A program made the position numbers and the translations under genes. Below, in pieces: positions 9,915 to 19,268 of a stretch of DNA of 64,000 nucleotides. Each line of letters opens with the position of its first letter. Position 1 is the stretch's first letter. The DNA comes from Bacillota bacterium (GTDB taxonomy: Bacteria; Bacillota; Clostridia; Christensenellales; SZUA-584): contig JAEWWC010000100.1 of NCBI GenBank assembly GCA_023396555.1, positions 6,634-70,633 of the forward strand, in the 5' to 3' direction. Below the pieces are notes generated by a model. It was not told the origin of the DNA and made no database searches. It worked only from the letters and a program-made list of their open reading frames with translations.

Positions 9915-10913
9915 ATGAAAAAGAAACATAACGGGCTGAAAGCCAATCTGAAGACATTTCTGAAAAAGTATAATGTGGTACTGGTGCTGCTGATAATGTT
10001 GGTGTTTGCGTCCGTAGCCACAGATAAGTTTTTCACAACGCAGAACATGTTCAATCTTTTCCGGCAGATATCTGCGCTCGGCGTTGTCAGCATGGGCATG
10101 CTGCTGGTGATATTGACAGGCGGCATCGACCTGTCGGTGGGGTCCATTATGGCGCTGATCAGTGTGCTGTTTGCCTTGATGATGCAGCGTATGTCCATCA
10201 TACCTGCTACACTACTTTCGCTGGTAATCGGTATTGCGGTCGGCAGCATTGCGGGTCTTCTCGTTTCGGCATTCAATATGGCTCCCTTTGTGGCGACGCT
10301 GTCGATGATGACCATTGCGAGAGGGTTTGCGCTGGTATTCTCTAACGGATCACCCATTATGATTACGGACAAGGCGCTGGACGCATTTGCCCAAGGGTAT
10401 TTTCTGTATATTCCGTTTCCGGTATTTGTGATGCTGATCGTCTTTGGTATCTGCTTCTTTTTGTTGCGAAAAAGCGTTTTTGGACGCATGATCATTGCGG
10501 TGGGCAGCAATGAGGAAGCGGTCAAGCTCTCGGGTGTGCGGGTTAAAAAGTATAAGTTTATGGTATACACGATATCTGGCCTATTCTGCGCAATTGGCGG
10601 TATGATCAGCACATCGCGTACATCGGTTGGGTCGCCTATCATAGCCGAGGGTTTTGAACTGGATGCTATCGCATCGGTGGTTATCGGCGGAGCCAGTCTT
10701 TCGGGCGGCAAGGGTTTTGCGCTCAACACACTGATTGGTGCGTTCATACTTGGCATGATCGCCAACGTGATGAACCTGATGAACATACCTGGTTACAACC
10801 AGAACATTGTTAAGGGTATCATCATTGTGATCGCGGTGATCTCCCAGAATATGAGACTGCAGCGCGGGTTCAAGTTTGCAAACAAGGTACAGGAAACCAA
10901 GAGCCTTTCGTGA
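9915..10913 (+). CDS. Sugar ABC transporter permease (RbsC-like)
   Basis: 332-aa polytopic hydrophobic ORF with the typical CUT2 permease blocks (GGIDLSVGS, TSRTSVGSP..G.ELDAIASVVIGG.SL.GG). Confidence 0.85.
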   Translation: MKKKHNGLKANLKTFLKKYNVVLVLLIMLVFASVATDKFFTTQNMFNLFRQISALGVVSMGMLLVILTGGIDLSVGSIMALISVLFALMMQRMSIIPATLLSLVIGIAVGSIAGLLVSAFNMAPFVATLSMMTIARGFALVFSNGSPIMITDKALDAFAQGYFLYIPFPVFVMLIVFGICFFLLRKSVFGRMIIAVGSNEEAVKLSGVRVKKYKFMVYTISGLFCAIGGMISTSRTSVGSPIIAEGFELDAIASVVIGGASLSGGKGFALNTLIGAFILGMIANVMNLMNIPGYNQNIVKGIIIVIAVISQNMRLQRGFKFANKVQETKSLS

Positions 10914-10935
10914 TCATAGGAAAGGATGGGAGACA

Positions 10936-12067
10936 ATGGCGCGACTAACAAAGACAACGAGGGGCTGGAGTTCGCCGCCCCGTTATATACAGGGGCCGGG
11001 AGAATTCGGTAACTTTAAATTATATGCGGATAAACTGGGGAGCAACGTAGCAGCGATTATCGACGCCTACCTGTACGAACCGCTGTCAGAGCGGCTCGAT
11101 CATCTTTACCGCAACCATAGTGCGTTCATACGTTTGTTTTCCAAGGCGAAGTTAGCATCCCCCACATTGAGGAGAGGACAAAAGAGGTGCTGGCGGTTCA
11201 GCCCGCCGTGATCGCGGGGATTGGCGGCGGTAAAACCATCGATGTCGCGAAAGCGGTGGCGAACAGGCTGAACCTGCCCCTGATCATTGTGCCCACTGCC
11301 GCGTCCACCGACGCCCCGACGAGTTCATTGTCGGTAGTTTATACAGAGAGCGGCGAGCGTGTTGGGAGTTATTTTTTGAAAGGAGCCCGGACCTACTGAT
11401 TGTGGACAGCGAGATCATCAAGGATGCGCCGGTACGGTTTTTGGTTTCCGACATGGGGGATGCGCTGGCCACGCTGATTGAAGCGAACGCCAACAGGCGA
11501 TCGGATTCACCCAACCTGGTTTACCACAAGGACGGGGGATTCAAAAGAACGATCGCGGCATCAGCGGTGGCGCAGGCCTGCTACGATACGCTGATGAAAA
11601 AGGGCGCGCTCGCCAAAACAGCGTGCGAAAACCGTATGGTCACCGAGGCGTTGGAGGATATTATCGAAACCAACATACTGCTGAGTGGTCTCGGGTTTGA
11701 AAACAACGCCACAGCAGGCGCACATTCAATAGCGGACGGCATCACGGCGTTGCCGGGAGAAGGCAGGACGCTGCATGGCGAGAAGGTGGCTTTCGGATGT
11801 CTGGTGCAGTTGGTCATCGAGAACGCCAGCCGTGAAGAGATCGATGAAGTGCTGGATTTCTGCCTGGAAGTGGGACTGCCGGTGTGCTTTGCCGACCTGG
11901 GTATACAGAGAACGGACGAAGTGGTGCGCCGGGTTGCGGAAGCTTCCATGCATTCATGCTGGGGCAACATGCCGTTTCATGTTACGGCGGACATGGTGGC
12001 GGGGGCTATCGCTACAGCGGATATGCTGGGTGCACGGCGCAGGCAGGCGGCCGGCGGGGGTCAGTAA
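10936..12067 (+). pseudogene. gldA: Glycerol dehydrogenase (iron-containing ADH family) split into three frames by two single-base frame changes
   Basis: Three consecutive track ORFs together align collinearly with GldA: YIQGPGE.., then AGIGGGKTIDVAKA..PTAASTDAPTS, then VDSEII..GDALAT..HGEKVAFG. The frame breaks are at the T-run 11137-11140 and at T6/A3 11372-11381. Confidence 0.75.
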
Positions 12068-12084
12068 AGATATAAGGAGAATAC

Positions 12085-12960
12085 ATGCTGAAACTAGACA
12101 AGATCCTGGAGATGAAGCGCTTTGCGCTGGAAATCAGACGTAACATACTAAAGAGCATCGCGGCAATCGGCAGCGGACATGTAGGCGGGTCTCTGTCAAT
12201 TGCGGACGCGTTCGCCGTGCTATACAGCGGCGTGATGAATGTAGACCCAAAGCGTCCGCGGTGGCCTGACAGAGATTATATTGTGATGTCCAAAGGGCAC
12301 GCGGGCCCTGTGATGTACGCGACGCTGGCGCTCAAAGGTTATTTTCCTATTGAGATGCTGGAAACGCTGAACCAGAACGGTACAATGCTGCCCAGCCACA
12401 CGGACCGCAACAAAACATCGGGCGTGGATATGACGACGGGTTCGCTGGGGCAGGGCGCCTCCACTGCTGCTGGACTCGCCTTCGCTGATAAGCTGGACGG
12501 CAAGGACCGCCGGACGTATCTGATACTGGGGGACGGTGAACTGGACGAAGGGCAGGTGTGGGAGTCGTTCCTCTTTGTATCGCACCGGCAACTGACTAAT
12601 CTTATTACGATGGTGGATGTTAACCAAAAACAGCTAGATGGTACAACGGATATGGTATGCAGTCTGGGGGACATTGCTGCCAAGTTTGAGGCGTTTGGCT
12701 ATCGTGTGATTGATATTGAAAACGGTAATGATGTGGCGCAGGTGTTTGAGGCGCTGCAGCAGGCGCAAAAAAGCGTAGACAAGCCTCCGGTGATACTATT
12801 GAGGACCAGCAAAGGCGCAGGGGTTTCGCTGTATGCCAACATGGCAAACTGCCATTCCTGCACGGTAGGGGACGAGGACCTGAACAGTGTGCTGACGGAA
12901 CTCGACAAAACGGAACAACAATTAAATGAGCGGAGGGCCTATGATCGCAAAGCAACTTGA
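12085..12960 (+). CDS. Transketolase, N-terminal (thiamine-diphosphate-binding) subunit
   Basis: 291-aa ORF with GSGHVGGSLS, SKGHAGP and GSLGQG..GDGELDEGQVWE motifs of split transketolases. Confidence 0.9.
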   Translation: MLKLDKILEMKRFALEIRRNILKSIAAIGSGHVGGSLSIADAFAVLYSGVMNVDPKRPRWPDRDYIVMSKGHAGPVMYATLALKGYFPIEMLETLNQNGTMLPSHTDRNKTSGVDMTTGSLGQGASTAAGLAFADKLDGKDRRTYLILGDGELDEGQVWESFLFVSHRQLTNLITMVDVNQKQLDGTTDMVCSLGDIAAKFEAFGYRVIDIENGNDVAQVFEALQQAQKSVDKPPVILLRTSKGAGVSLYANMANCHSCTVGDEDLNSVLTELDKTEQQLNERRAYDRKAT

Positions 12961-13912
12961 ACAGCCGCGCCAGACCGAGATGCGCACTGTGTTAATGGAT
13001 ACGCTGCTGGCGTCGATGCAGCAAAACAAGGATGTCGTCTATCTGGATGCCGACCTTGCGGGTGCTATTGGCTCGACCAAGCTATTGTCTGCCCTGCCTG
13101 CACAGGCATTCAACGTGGGCATTATGGAAGCCAACATGGCAGGGGTGGCGGCGGGTATGTCGGTGAATGGCAAGATACCGTTTATCCATTCCTTTGGCGT
13201 GTTTGCCACTAGGCGTGTTGCCGATCAGGTCTTTATTTCGGGCTGCTATAACCGCGCGAATGTAAAAATACTGGGCAGCGACTGCGGTGTTGCCGCCGAG
13301 ACAAACGGGGGCACCCACATGCCGCTGGAAGATGTTTCGATATTCCGTTCATATCCCGATATGACGATATTGGATATTGCGGATACCACGCTGATGAGAA
13401 GGATGATACCCGCTGTGATCGAACATGATGGCATGGTGTATATGCGTTTCCCCAGAAAGAAAGTTGCCGACTATTACAGCGAGGATAATAGCTTTGCCAT
13501 TGGAAAAGGCATGATGTTGCGCGAAGGCCGGGATGTGACGATCATCGCTGCCGGCTTGGAAGTGGATGAAGCGCTACAGGCTTCGGCAATACTAAAAGGC
13601 ATGAACATTTCGACGCGGGTAGTGGACATGTTTACTTTAAAGCCGGTAGACACGGAGCTGATCGTGGACTGTGCCAAAAGGACCGGCGCTGTGGTAACGG
13701 CGGAAAACCACAACGTGATCGGCGGGCTGGGGTCGGCTGTGGCGGAAGTGCTGGTGGAAAATGCACCTGTGCCGATGCAGCGTGTGGGCGTAAATGAACA
13801 GTTCGGCGAGGTGGGTACAAGGCAGTATCTTGCTCAGAAATTCAGATTGACTAAGGATGACATCGTAAATGCTGCTCTGGAAGCGGTCAAAAGAAAGCAT
13901 TATAATGCATAA
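12926..13912 (+). CDS. Transketolase, C-terminal (pyrimidine-binding/C-terminal domain) subunit
   Basis: 328-aa ORF overlapping the N-subunit gene (alternative ATG at 12941). It carries the EANMAGVAAG block and a C-terminal TK domain pattern. Confidence 0.9.
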   Translation: MSGGPMIAKQLEQPRQTEMRTVLMDTLLASMQQNKDVVYLDADLAGAIGSTKLLSALPAQAFNVGIMEANMAGVAAGMSVNGKIPFIHSFGVFATRRVADQVFISGCYNRANVKILGSDCGVAAETNGGTHMPLEDVSIFRSYPDMTILDIADTTLMRRMIPAVIEHDGMVYMRFPRKKVADYYSEDNSFAIGKGMMLREGRDVTIIAAGLEVDEALQASAILKGMNISTRVVDMFTLKPVDTELIVDCAKRTGAVVTAENHNVIGGLGSAVAEVLVENAPVPMQRVGVNEQFGEVGTRQYLAQKFRLTKDDIVNAALEAVKRKHYNA

Positions 13913-13989
13913 CATGGTTAGGCGGAGTTTTCTCCGGGATATACTGAGGGTAGAACATCTGTTTTGTTTCATTGAAATCCGTACTGCTA

Positions 13990-14324
13990 TATGAGCAGCA
14001 CGGAGACATGACGCATAATGCTGAAAGGCGGTGTGCCTATAACGAAACTATTACGCTCGCGGAGGCTACACCGGTTTACGAAGCGATGCGCCTTGAGGAG
14101 GACTTGAAGTGAGCGAGAATTGCGACAAAATGGGGGTGATATCGGCTTGGTTGGGGCATAAGAGTGTCTCAACGACAGCCAACATCTATGCCCATGTGAC
14201 CGACGACTTGCGCGACGGCGCGGCAACATGGATGGATGCCAGCTACAGGCCAAAGCATGACAAAGCAAACTTTAAGATGACACTCGACGAAGCTATACAG
14301 AAATTATTCGAGCATGTTCTGTAA
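13990..14324 (+). pseudogene. Tyrosine recombinase (phage integrase family) C-terminal remnant
   Basis: The ORF 14109..14324 contains WLGHKSVSTTANIYAHV, the block around the catalytic Tyr. An upstream out-of-frame piece reads MLKGGVPI. No N-terminal or core-binding part is present. Confidence 0.7.
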
Positions 14325-14602
14325 GAAGCAGCAGAGAGCGGAGTTGGGCCTGAAGAAACGAACAACGAACATGAAGAGCCGGTTAAGCTCGATAAACACG
14401 CAGATGAACTTCATTACCATCAGAAGAACCAATATTGACAAGGACGATATCTGGAGGAAATCGAAGGAAAACCGAGATTACGAGCGATTCGCGGAAAGTT
14501 AGCATAGGTTTACCATCAGTTCCACCATCAGTTACTAATAAATGGTAGAGAAAAGGAATTAACTGTAATGAGCGTAAGCAGACTGTGAGGAAAGTATCGC
14601 AT

Positions 14603-14638
14603 AAAAAAATCCCCTGAAACAGCCATTTCAAGGGATTT
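14603..14638 (-). terminator. Intrinsic terminator downstream of tRNA-Gly
   Basis: On the minus strand there is a 13-bp stem (AAATCCCTTGAAA / TTTCAGGGGATTT, including one G-U pair) with loop TGGCTG, followed by T7. Confidence 0.7.
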
Positions 14639-14667
14639 GGGTGCCTTTGCAGGCTACCATAAGTGCA

Positions 14668-14741
14668 TGGAGCGGGTGATGGGAATCGAACCCACGTAAC
14701 CAGCTTGGGAAGCTGGCACTCTGCCATTGAGTTACACCCGC
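14668..14741 (-). tRNA. tRNA-Gly (anticodon CCC), CCA encoded
   Basis: The minus-strand sequence is GCGGGTGTAACTCAATGGCAGAGTGCCAGCTTCCCAAGCTGGTTACGTGGGTTCGATTCCCATCACCCGCTCCA. It folds as a cloverleaf with a 7-bp acceptor stem, anticodon loop TTCCCAA and a GTTCGATTC T-loop. Confidence 0.9.
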
Positions 14742-14802
14742 TTGACGCAAAAAACATTATAGCATATGCTGTGTCTTTTGCAAATATCAAAAACCGAAAA
14801 TA

Positions 14803-15960
14803 TCATTTGTTGCTCAGTGCTTTATAGGCAGCTACGATGCGCGCCGTCAGGCCATCGTCCGTTTCGCAGTAATGGCGCACCGCGCTTTCAATACCGTTTA
14901 CCCTGATGTGGTTCTGTACCTCCATCGCGGCTTCATCGTCCGGATTGTCGAAACGGAAAGCGGCAGCAATAGCTGGTACGATATGAACGGGGGCGATTCC
15001 CTGCTCGATGCAGTAGAGCGCGGCGCCTGTCAGACGGTCGTTGCGTTTCAGCTTGCGGATGGGGTCCTTGCCGACACGCGGAATGGAGTCCTTCAGCTCG
15101 CGATTGCCAAAACGCTCCAGCAGATCATATACGTTGGCGTCGATCTCTTCCTTCGGTATTCCGTAACCGCGGTGCAGCGCGGCGGATACGTCCAGCATCG
15201 CCGCTTTGGCCATGCCGAGTATATCCGTATCGGCGGCGGCTTCGGAGACCAGCTCATAGCCCTTCAGCCAGCCAAAGTAGGCGCACAGCGCATGACCCAT
15301 GTTATGCACGAACAGCTTGCGGCGTATATAGAAACCGAACGGGGAGAACGGCACCAGCGTTTTGATGGGCGGTATCTCGCCGCGGAACGCGTCCTTGTCC
15401 ACCGGCAGCTCTTCATACGGCTCCACCCAGACGCGCAGCGGATTGTCGCCGCGCATCTCCTCCGTCATCACGGGCACCATGCGGCCGATGGACGCTTCCA
15501 CCAGTCCCACTCTGGTATCCAGATAGGTGCGCGTGTCGGCGCTCACCGCTTGCTCCAGCAGACTGCGCAGATACTTATCGGCATCGATCAGGTTTTCGCA
15601 GATGATAATATCCAGCGGGCGTCCGGAAGCGGCGCGCTTATCGATTCCCGTGGCAAGGTTGGGGATGATGCGGGGTAGCACGTTGACGCCGACCGCGGTC
15701 GCCATGATGTCCGCATCGGCGATGGCCGCAGCGACGGCGTCCGAGCCCAAGCCGTTCACCGCACTGACGTTCGTTACCATAACTTCGCTCATGCCCTCGT
15801 TGGAAACCAGCCGGACGGGGTAGGCATGGTCCGCATTGAGCTTGTCCACCACGGGGGTGGCCACATCAACGAATATCACATGGAACCCCGCCTCGGAAAA
15901 CACTTTGCCGATAAACCCTCTGCCGATATTGCCTGCGCCGTACATGACTGCTGTTTTCAT
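14803..15960 (-). CDS. mtlD: Mannitol-1-phosphate 5-dehydrogenase
   Basis: 385-aa ORF. The N-terminus MKTAVMYGAGNIGRGFIG matches the MtlD dinucleotide-binding motif, and the mannitol dehydrogenase family pattern continues throughout. Confidence 0.8.
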   Translation of the reverse strand: MKTAVMYGAGNIGRGFIGKVFSEAGFHVIFVDVATPVVDKLNADHAYPVRLVSNEGMSEVMVTNVSAVNGLGSDAVAAAIADADIMATAVGVNVLPRIIPNLATGIDKRAASGRPLDIIICENLIDADKYLRSLLEQAVSADTRTYLDTRVGLVEASIGRMVPVMTEEMRGDNPLRVWVEPYEELPVDKDAFRGEIPPIKTLVPFSPFGFYIRRKLFVHNMGHALCAYFGWLKGYELVSEAAADTDILGMAKAAMLDVSAALHRGYGIPKEEIDANVYDLLERFGNRELKDSIPRVGKDPIRKLKRNDRLTGAALYCIEQGIAPVHIVPAIAAAFRFDNPDDEAAMEVQNHIRVNGIESAVRHYCETDDGLTARIVAAYKALSNK

Positions 15961-16109
15961 GGTATGAACGTCATCTCCTTATGTTGATTGCAGCCTATAT
16001 GATATCACCCGCTTTTGCAGTGTGTCAATGCGCCGCACACCGTTGGCTTCGGGCGCATAAGTTATTATTGGCACATCCATGCCAAATCCAAAAAAGGAAG
16101 GTTCATAGT

Positions 16110-17060
16110 ATGGGCGAAGAGAGAAAACTGGTAATGGAGGGCTTCGCTTTCGAACTGACGGGCTTTTTCAGCGCCGAAGGTGTGACCACTGTGACACTCA
16201 GCATAAACGGTACCGGAGAAAGTCCGGCCGATTTAAAAGGCTGGGCTATGGAGGTTTGCCCAGGTGACCCACAGTTTTTTGACGGCGAGGTGAGCATTGT
16301 CAGCTGCGAGAAAAGAAGGCGGCATGGCGCGTGGCTGCCCGCGGTCGCACAGAAAACATCGTTTGAACTGACAGGCGATATCGGATTTTCTGGCGTGGTG
16401 GTTACTGACTGGGTGGGCCGTTACGCGGAAGACCCGGACGTAGAGTACCGGATCGTGCTGGACAAAGAACTAAAGTTTGAACCTTTTGCCGTCGCGATGA
16501 TGACGGGGGACAGCATCCGGCGTTCGGAAGCGCGCATCAGCATCGGGCTTGCCGCATCGCTGGCGCTGAACCGCGTCTGGACGACGCCGATGGAAAAAAG
16601 CTTCTGCCTGTTTGTGGTGGTGCCGGAAGGATACCGGCCGGAAGGTGCCTGCAAGGTTGCGGTATCGGCGACAAAGCGCGCGGCGCATATACTGCACTAT
16701 AAGGGCGAATATGTGGTGGACGATGCTCTGGCGCCGGAAGGCAAGGCGTTGAAGTCGGTGCGCGCAGAGCTGTTGTGCAGCGTGCGTATACTGGCCGATA
16801 TACCGCTGAAAAGTGCGACAGCCTGCGGCGATAATGTGCAGGTTAGCGCCGTGGACTGCTTCGAGGTATGTGAAACCATCGGCTATGCGGACGACGAGCA
16901 GTCGTTTGAGCTGCGTGACATATCTGTCTGCCCCAAGAAAAAGAGCTATGACTTAACGCTGCTCAACGCGCATTGCGGCCGTTCCGTTTACCGTCTGGAC
17001 GGCAAGTTCACCATCGACTGCAAGCGCTGCAACAGGGCTGAAAAGCCGGAAGAACAGTAA
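16110..17060 (+). CDS. Hypothetical cytoplasmic protein, Cys-rich C-terminal half
   Basis: The start was chosen at the ATG preceded by AAAAAGGAAGG, inside track ORF 15981..17060. There is no signal peptide and I recognise no motif. Confidence 0.55.
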   Translation: MGEERKLVMEGFAFELTGFFSAEGVTTVTLSINGTGESPADLKGWAMEVCPGDPQFFDGEVSIVSCEKRRRHGAWLPAVAQKTSFELTGDIGFSGVVVTDWVGRYAEDPDVEYRIVLDKELKFEPFAVAMMTGDSIRRSEARISIGLAASLALNRVWTTPMEKSFCLFVVVPEGYRPEGACKVAVSATKRAAHILHYKGEYVVDDALAPEGKALKSVRAELLCSVRILADIPLKSATACGDNVQVSAVDCFEVCETIGYADDEQSFELRDISVCPKKKSYDLTLLNAHCGRSVYRLDGKFTIDCKRCNRAEKPEEQ

Positions 17061-17098
17061 ATACATATCAGTTGCCGGAGAAAGGTGTATTCCGGCAC

Positions 17099-17124
17099 CA
17101 AAAAAAGGCCGTGAGGCCTTTTTC
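17099..17124. terminator. Bidirectional intrinsic terminator between convergent genes
   Basis: AAAAAAGGCC-GTGA-GGCCTTTTTC has an A-run and a T-run flanking a GC hairpin. A second hairpin GCCGGA..TCCGGC lies just upstream at 17074-17096. Confidence 0.7.
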
Positions 17125-17177
17125 TTGTGTTGAGACTAAGGGACAGTTACCATAACCCGCAAGGGGAAAACGTAATT

Positions 17178-17417
<240 letters not shown>

Positions 17418-17451
17418 TTATAACAAATTTATTTAAGCGTAATGGGGAACG

Positions 17452-18333
17452 CTAGTCCTCCAGAAGGGACTTGATCTCTTCGTCCAGATCCGGCTCAGGC
17501 TCGGGCTCTCTGGATTGTTGGCCTCCTCTGAACTTGATCTCGTCCAGCCTGAATGTTCTCACATCGATGCTTTCGTCAGGCAGCGTGATCTTGATGCGCA
17601 CCGTTTCCGTGACGGCGTTGTTCTCCAGTACCACGCCCTCACCATCCGGCGAGGTGACTGTGCTGCCCGGTTTGGGCATGCGCTTGCGCGTCTGCACGTA
17701 ATGCTCCTGCTCGTAGTTGAGGCAGCACATCAGGCGGCCGCACAGGCCGCTGATCTTAGTGGGCGAGAGCGACAGGTTCTGCTCCTTAGCCATCTTGATG
17801 GACACGGGGGAGAAATCTCCGAGGAAGCACGAACAACAGCAGGGCCGCCCGCAAGGGCCCAGGCCGCCAAGCATCTTGGCTTCGTCCCGAACCCCGATCT
17901 GGCGCAGCTCGATGCGCGTTTTGAATACGCCGGCCAGGTCTTTGACCAGGTCTCGGAAGTCCACGCGCCCATCGGCGGTGAAGTAAAATATGATCTTGGA
18001 ATTGTCAAACGTGTATTCGACGTCCACGAGCTTCATATCCAGTTTGTGCTTTTCAATCTTGTTCTGGCAGGTTTCCAGCGCTTCCTTCTCTTTGCGCTTG
18101 TTTTCCTCCACGCGTTTGTCGTCCTTGGGGGTGGCGCGCCGGAGCACCGTTTTCAGCGGCGCGACGAGATCCTTCTCGGATACCTCTTTTTCGGCGATTA
18201 CGACCTCGCCGTATTCCATGCCGCGCGCGGTTTCCACGATGGCATGATCTCCCTCGGCAAACTTAAGATCGCCGGGCAGGAAATAGTAGACCTTGCCAAC
18301 GCGCTTAAACCGCACGCCTATGACTTTTTCCAT
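17452..18333 (-). CDS. yaaT: PSP1-domain protein YaaT/RicT family
   Basis: 293-aa ORF. It has VIGVRFKRVGKVYYF..GD..IVETARG at the N-terminus and the Cys cluster GPCGRPCCCS..LCGRLMCCL typical of YaaT. It sits downstream of holB, as in Bacillus. Confidence 0.85.
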   Translation of the reverse strand: MEKVIGVRFKRVGKVYYFLPGDLKFAEGDHAIVETARGMEYGEVVIAEKEVSEKDLVAPLKTVLRRATPKDDKRVEENKRKEKEALETCQNKIEKHKLDMKLVDVEYTFDNSKIIFYFTADGRVDFRDLVKDLAGVFKTRIELRQIGVRDEAKMLGGLGPCGRPCCCSCFLGDFSPVSIKMAKEQNLSLSPTKISGLCGRLMCCLNYEQEHYVQTRKRMPKPGSTVTSPDGEGVVLENNAVTETVRIKITLPDESIDVRTFRLDEIKFRGGQQSREPEPEPDLDEEIKSLLED

Positions 18334-19268
18334 TTGTTCTTTTCCTCCAATATGCCAAAAAGCATCTTTTCCGCGGCCAACCGAAAGTTGACCGGGAACA
18401 GGAATCGCCTTTCTGTTTCCAGTATGACATTTATCATATTACTTATCGCGCCGCTTGTAAAGCGGGAAGCCGCATCGCGGATATCGTCCGCAAAATCAGC
18501 GTTGACGATCAGACCGAGATCTTGTGTTTTCTGATACATCAGTATGTCCCGAAAGTAAGACTGCATCATGGTGAGCAGCGGAATTATCTGTTCCTTACTG
18601 CTTTCAAGAAAATCGGCAAAAGCGCTGATGGCCATGTTCTTTTGCAGCAGCAGCTTGCGGCACTGGACAATCAGTTCCTCCCTTTTGCTCAGAAGCCCCG
18701 CGTCTTCGCGGATGCGGCGCGCTTCGTCCAGAAAGCCGCCCGACAGATCGGTCAGTATACCGGCGGTGACATCGTCAACGGACAGCACGCGGGCGATGAG
18801 GCGGGAAGAGTCCGGCTCGGGGCTCACGGGCACCAGAGCGCAGCGGGACGCAATGGTGGGCAGTACGCCGCTGACGCTGCGGGCAGAGAGCAGGAATACC
18901 GTGCCTGCGGGCGGTTCCTCCAGCGTTTTTAACAGGCTGTTGGCGGCGGCATCCGTCATGTCGTCGGCGGATTCGATGACTATCGCCTTGCAGCGCGCTT
19001 CATACGGTTTCTGAGCCGCAAAGCTGAGGGCGTCGCGCAGCTCGGCGACCTTGGGAGCGCTGAGGCGCAGTATGTCCACATGGCCTTCCAGCACCTTACG
19101 GCACTCGGCGCAGACGCCGCAGCCTCCCTGATGACAGCAGAGCCGCTGTAAAAAAGAGTCGGCCAGCCGCCGCGCGACAAGCGGACGGCTGCAGACCAGC
19201 AGGTACGCGCCGAGCATTCGGCTGCTGCCTGCCGCATCCAGAAACAGCTGGCGCGCCGTATCGCTCAC
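18318..19268 (-). CDS. holB: DNA polymerase III delta' subunit
   Basis: 316-aa ORF with a Zn-module-like CCHQGGCGVCAECRKV and the clamp-loader box LLKTLEEPP. It lies between tmk and yaaT. Confidence 0.8.
   Translation of the reverse strand: MSDTARQLFLDAAGSSRMLGAYLLVCSRPLVARRLADSFLQRLCCHQGGCGVCAECRKVLEGHVDILRLSAPKVAELRDALSFAAQKPYEARCKAIVIESADDMTDAAANSLLKTLEEPPAGTVFLLSARSVSGVLPTIASRCALVPVSPEPDSSRLIARVLSVDDVTAGILTDLSGGFLDEARRIREDAGLLSKREELIVQCRKLLLQKNMAISAFADFLESSKEQIIPLLTMMQSYFRDILMYQKTQDLGLIVNADFADDIRDAASRFTSGAISNMINVILETERRFLFPVNFRLAAEKMLFGILEEKNKWKKS

Noticed and set aside
9599-10786. 395-aa ORF on the minus strand
   Set aside because: It is antisense to the ABC permease gene. Its composition (Ser/Pro/Thr/Ile-rich) mirrors the complement of a hydrophobic gene, and it has no motifs.
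10876-10935. Upstream ATG of track ORF 10876..11211, which would overlap the permease gene by 38 nt
   Set aside because: The GldA homology and a reasonable RBS (AAAGGATGGGAG) support the ATG at 10936 instead.
14383-14790. 135-aa minus-strand ORF
   Set aside because: It runs straight through the tRNA-Gly gene and its terminator, so it is not coding.
17515-18534. 339-aa ORF on the plus strand
   Set aside because: It is antisense to yaaT and holB, both of which carry clear family motifs. It is a shadow ORF.
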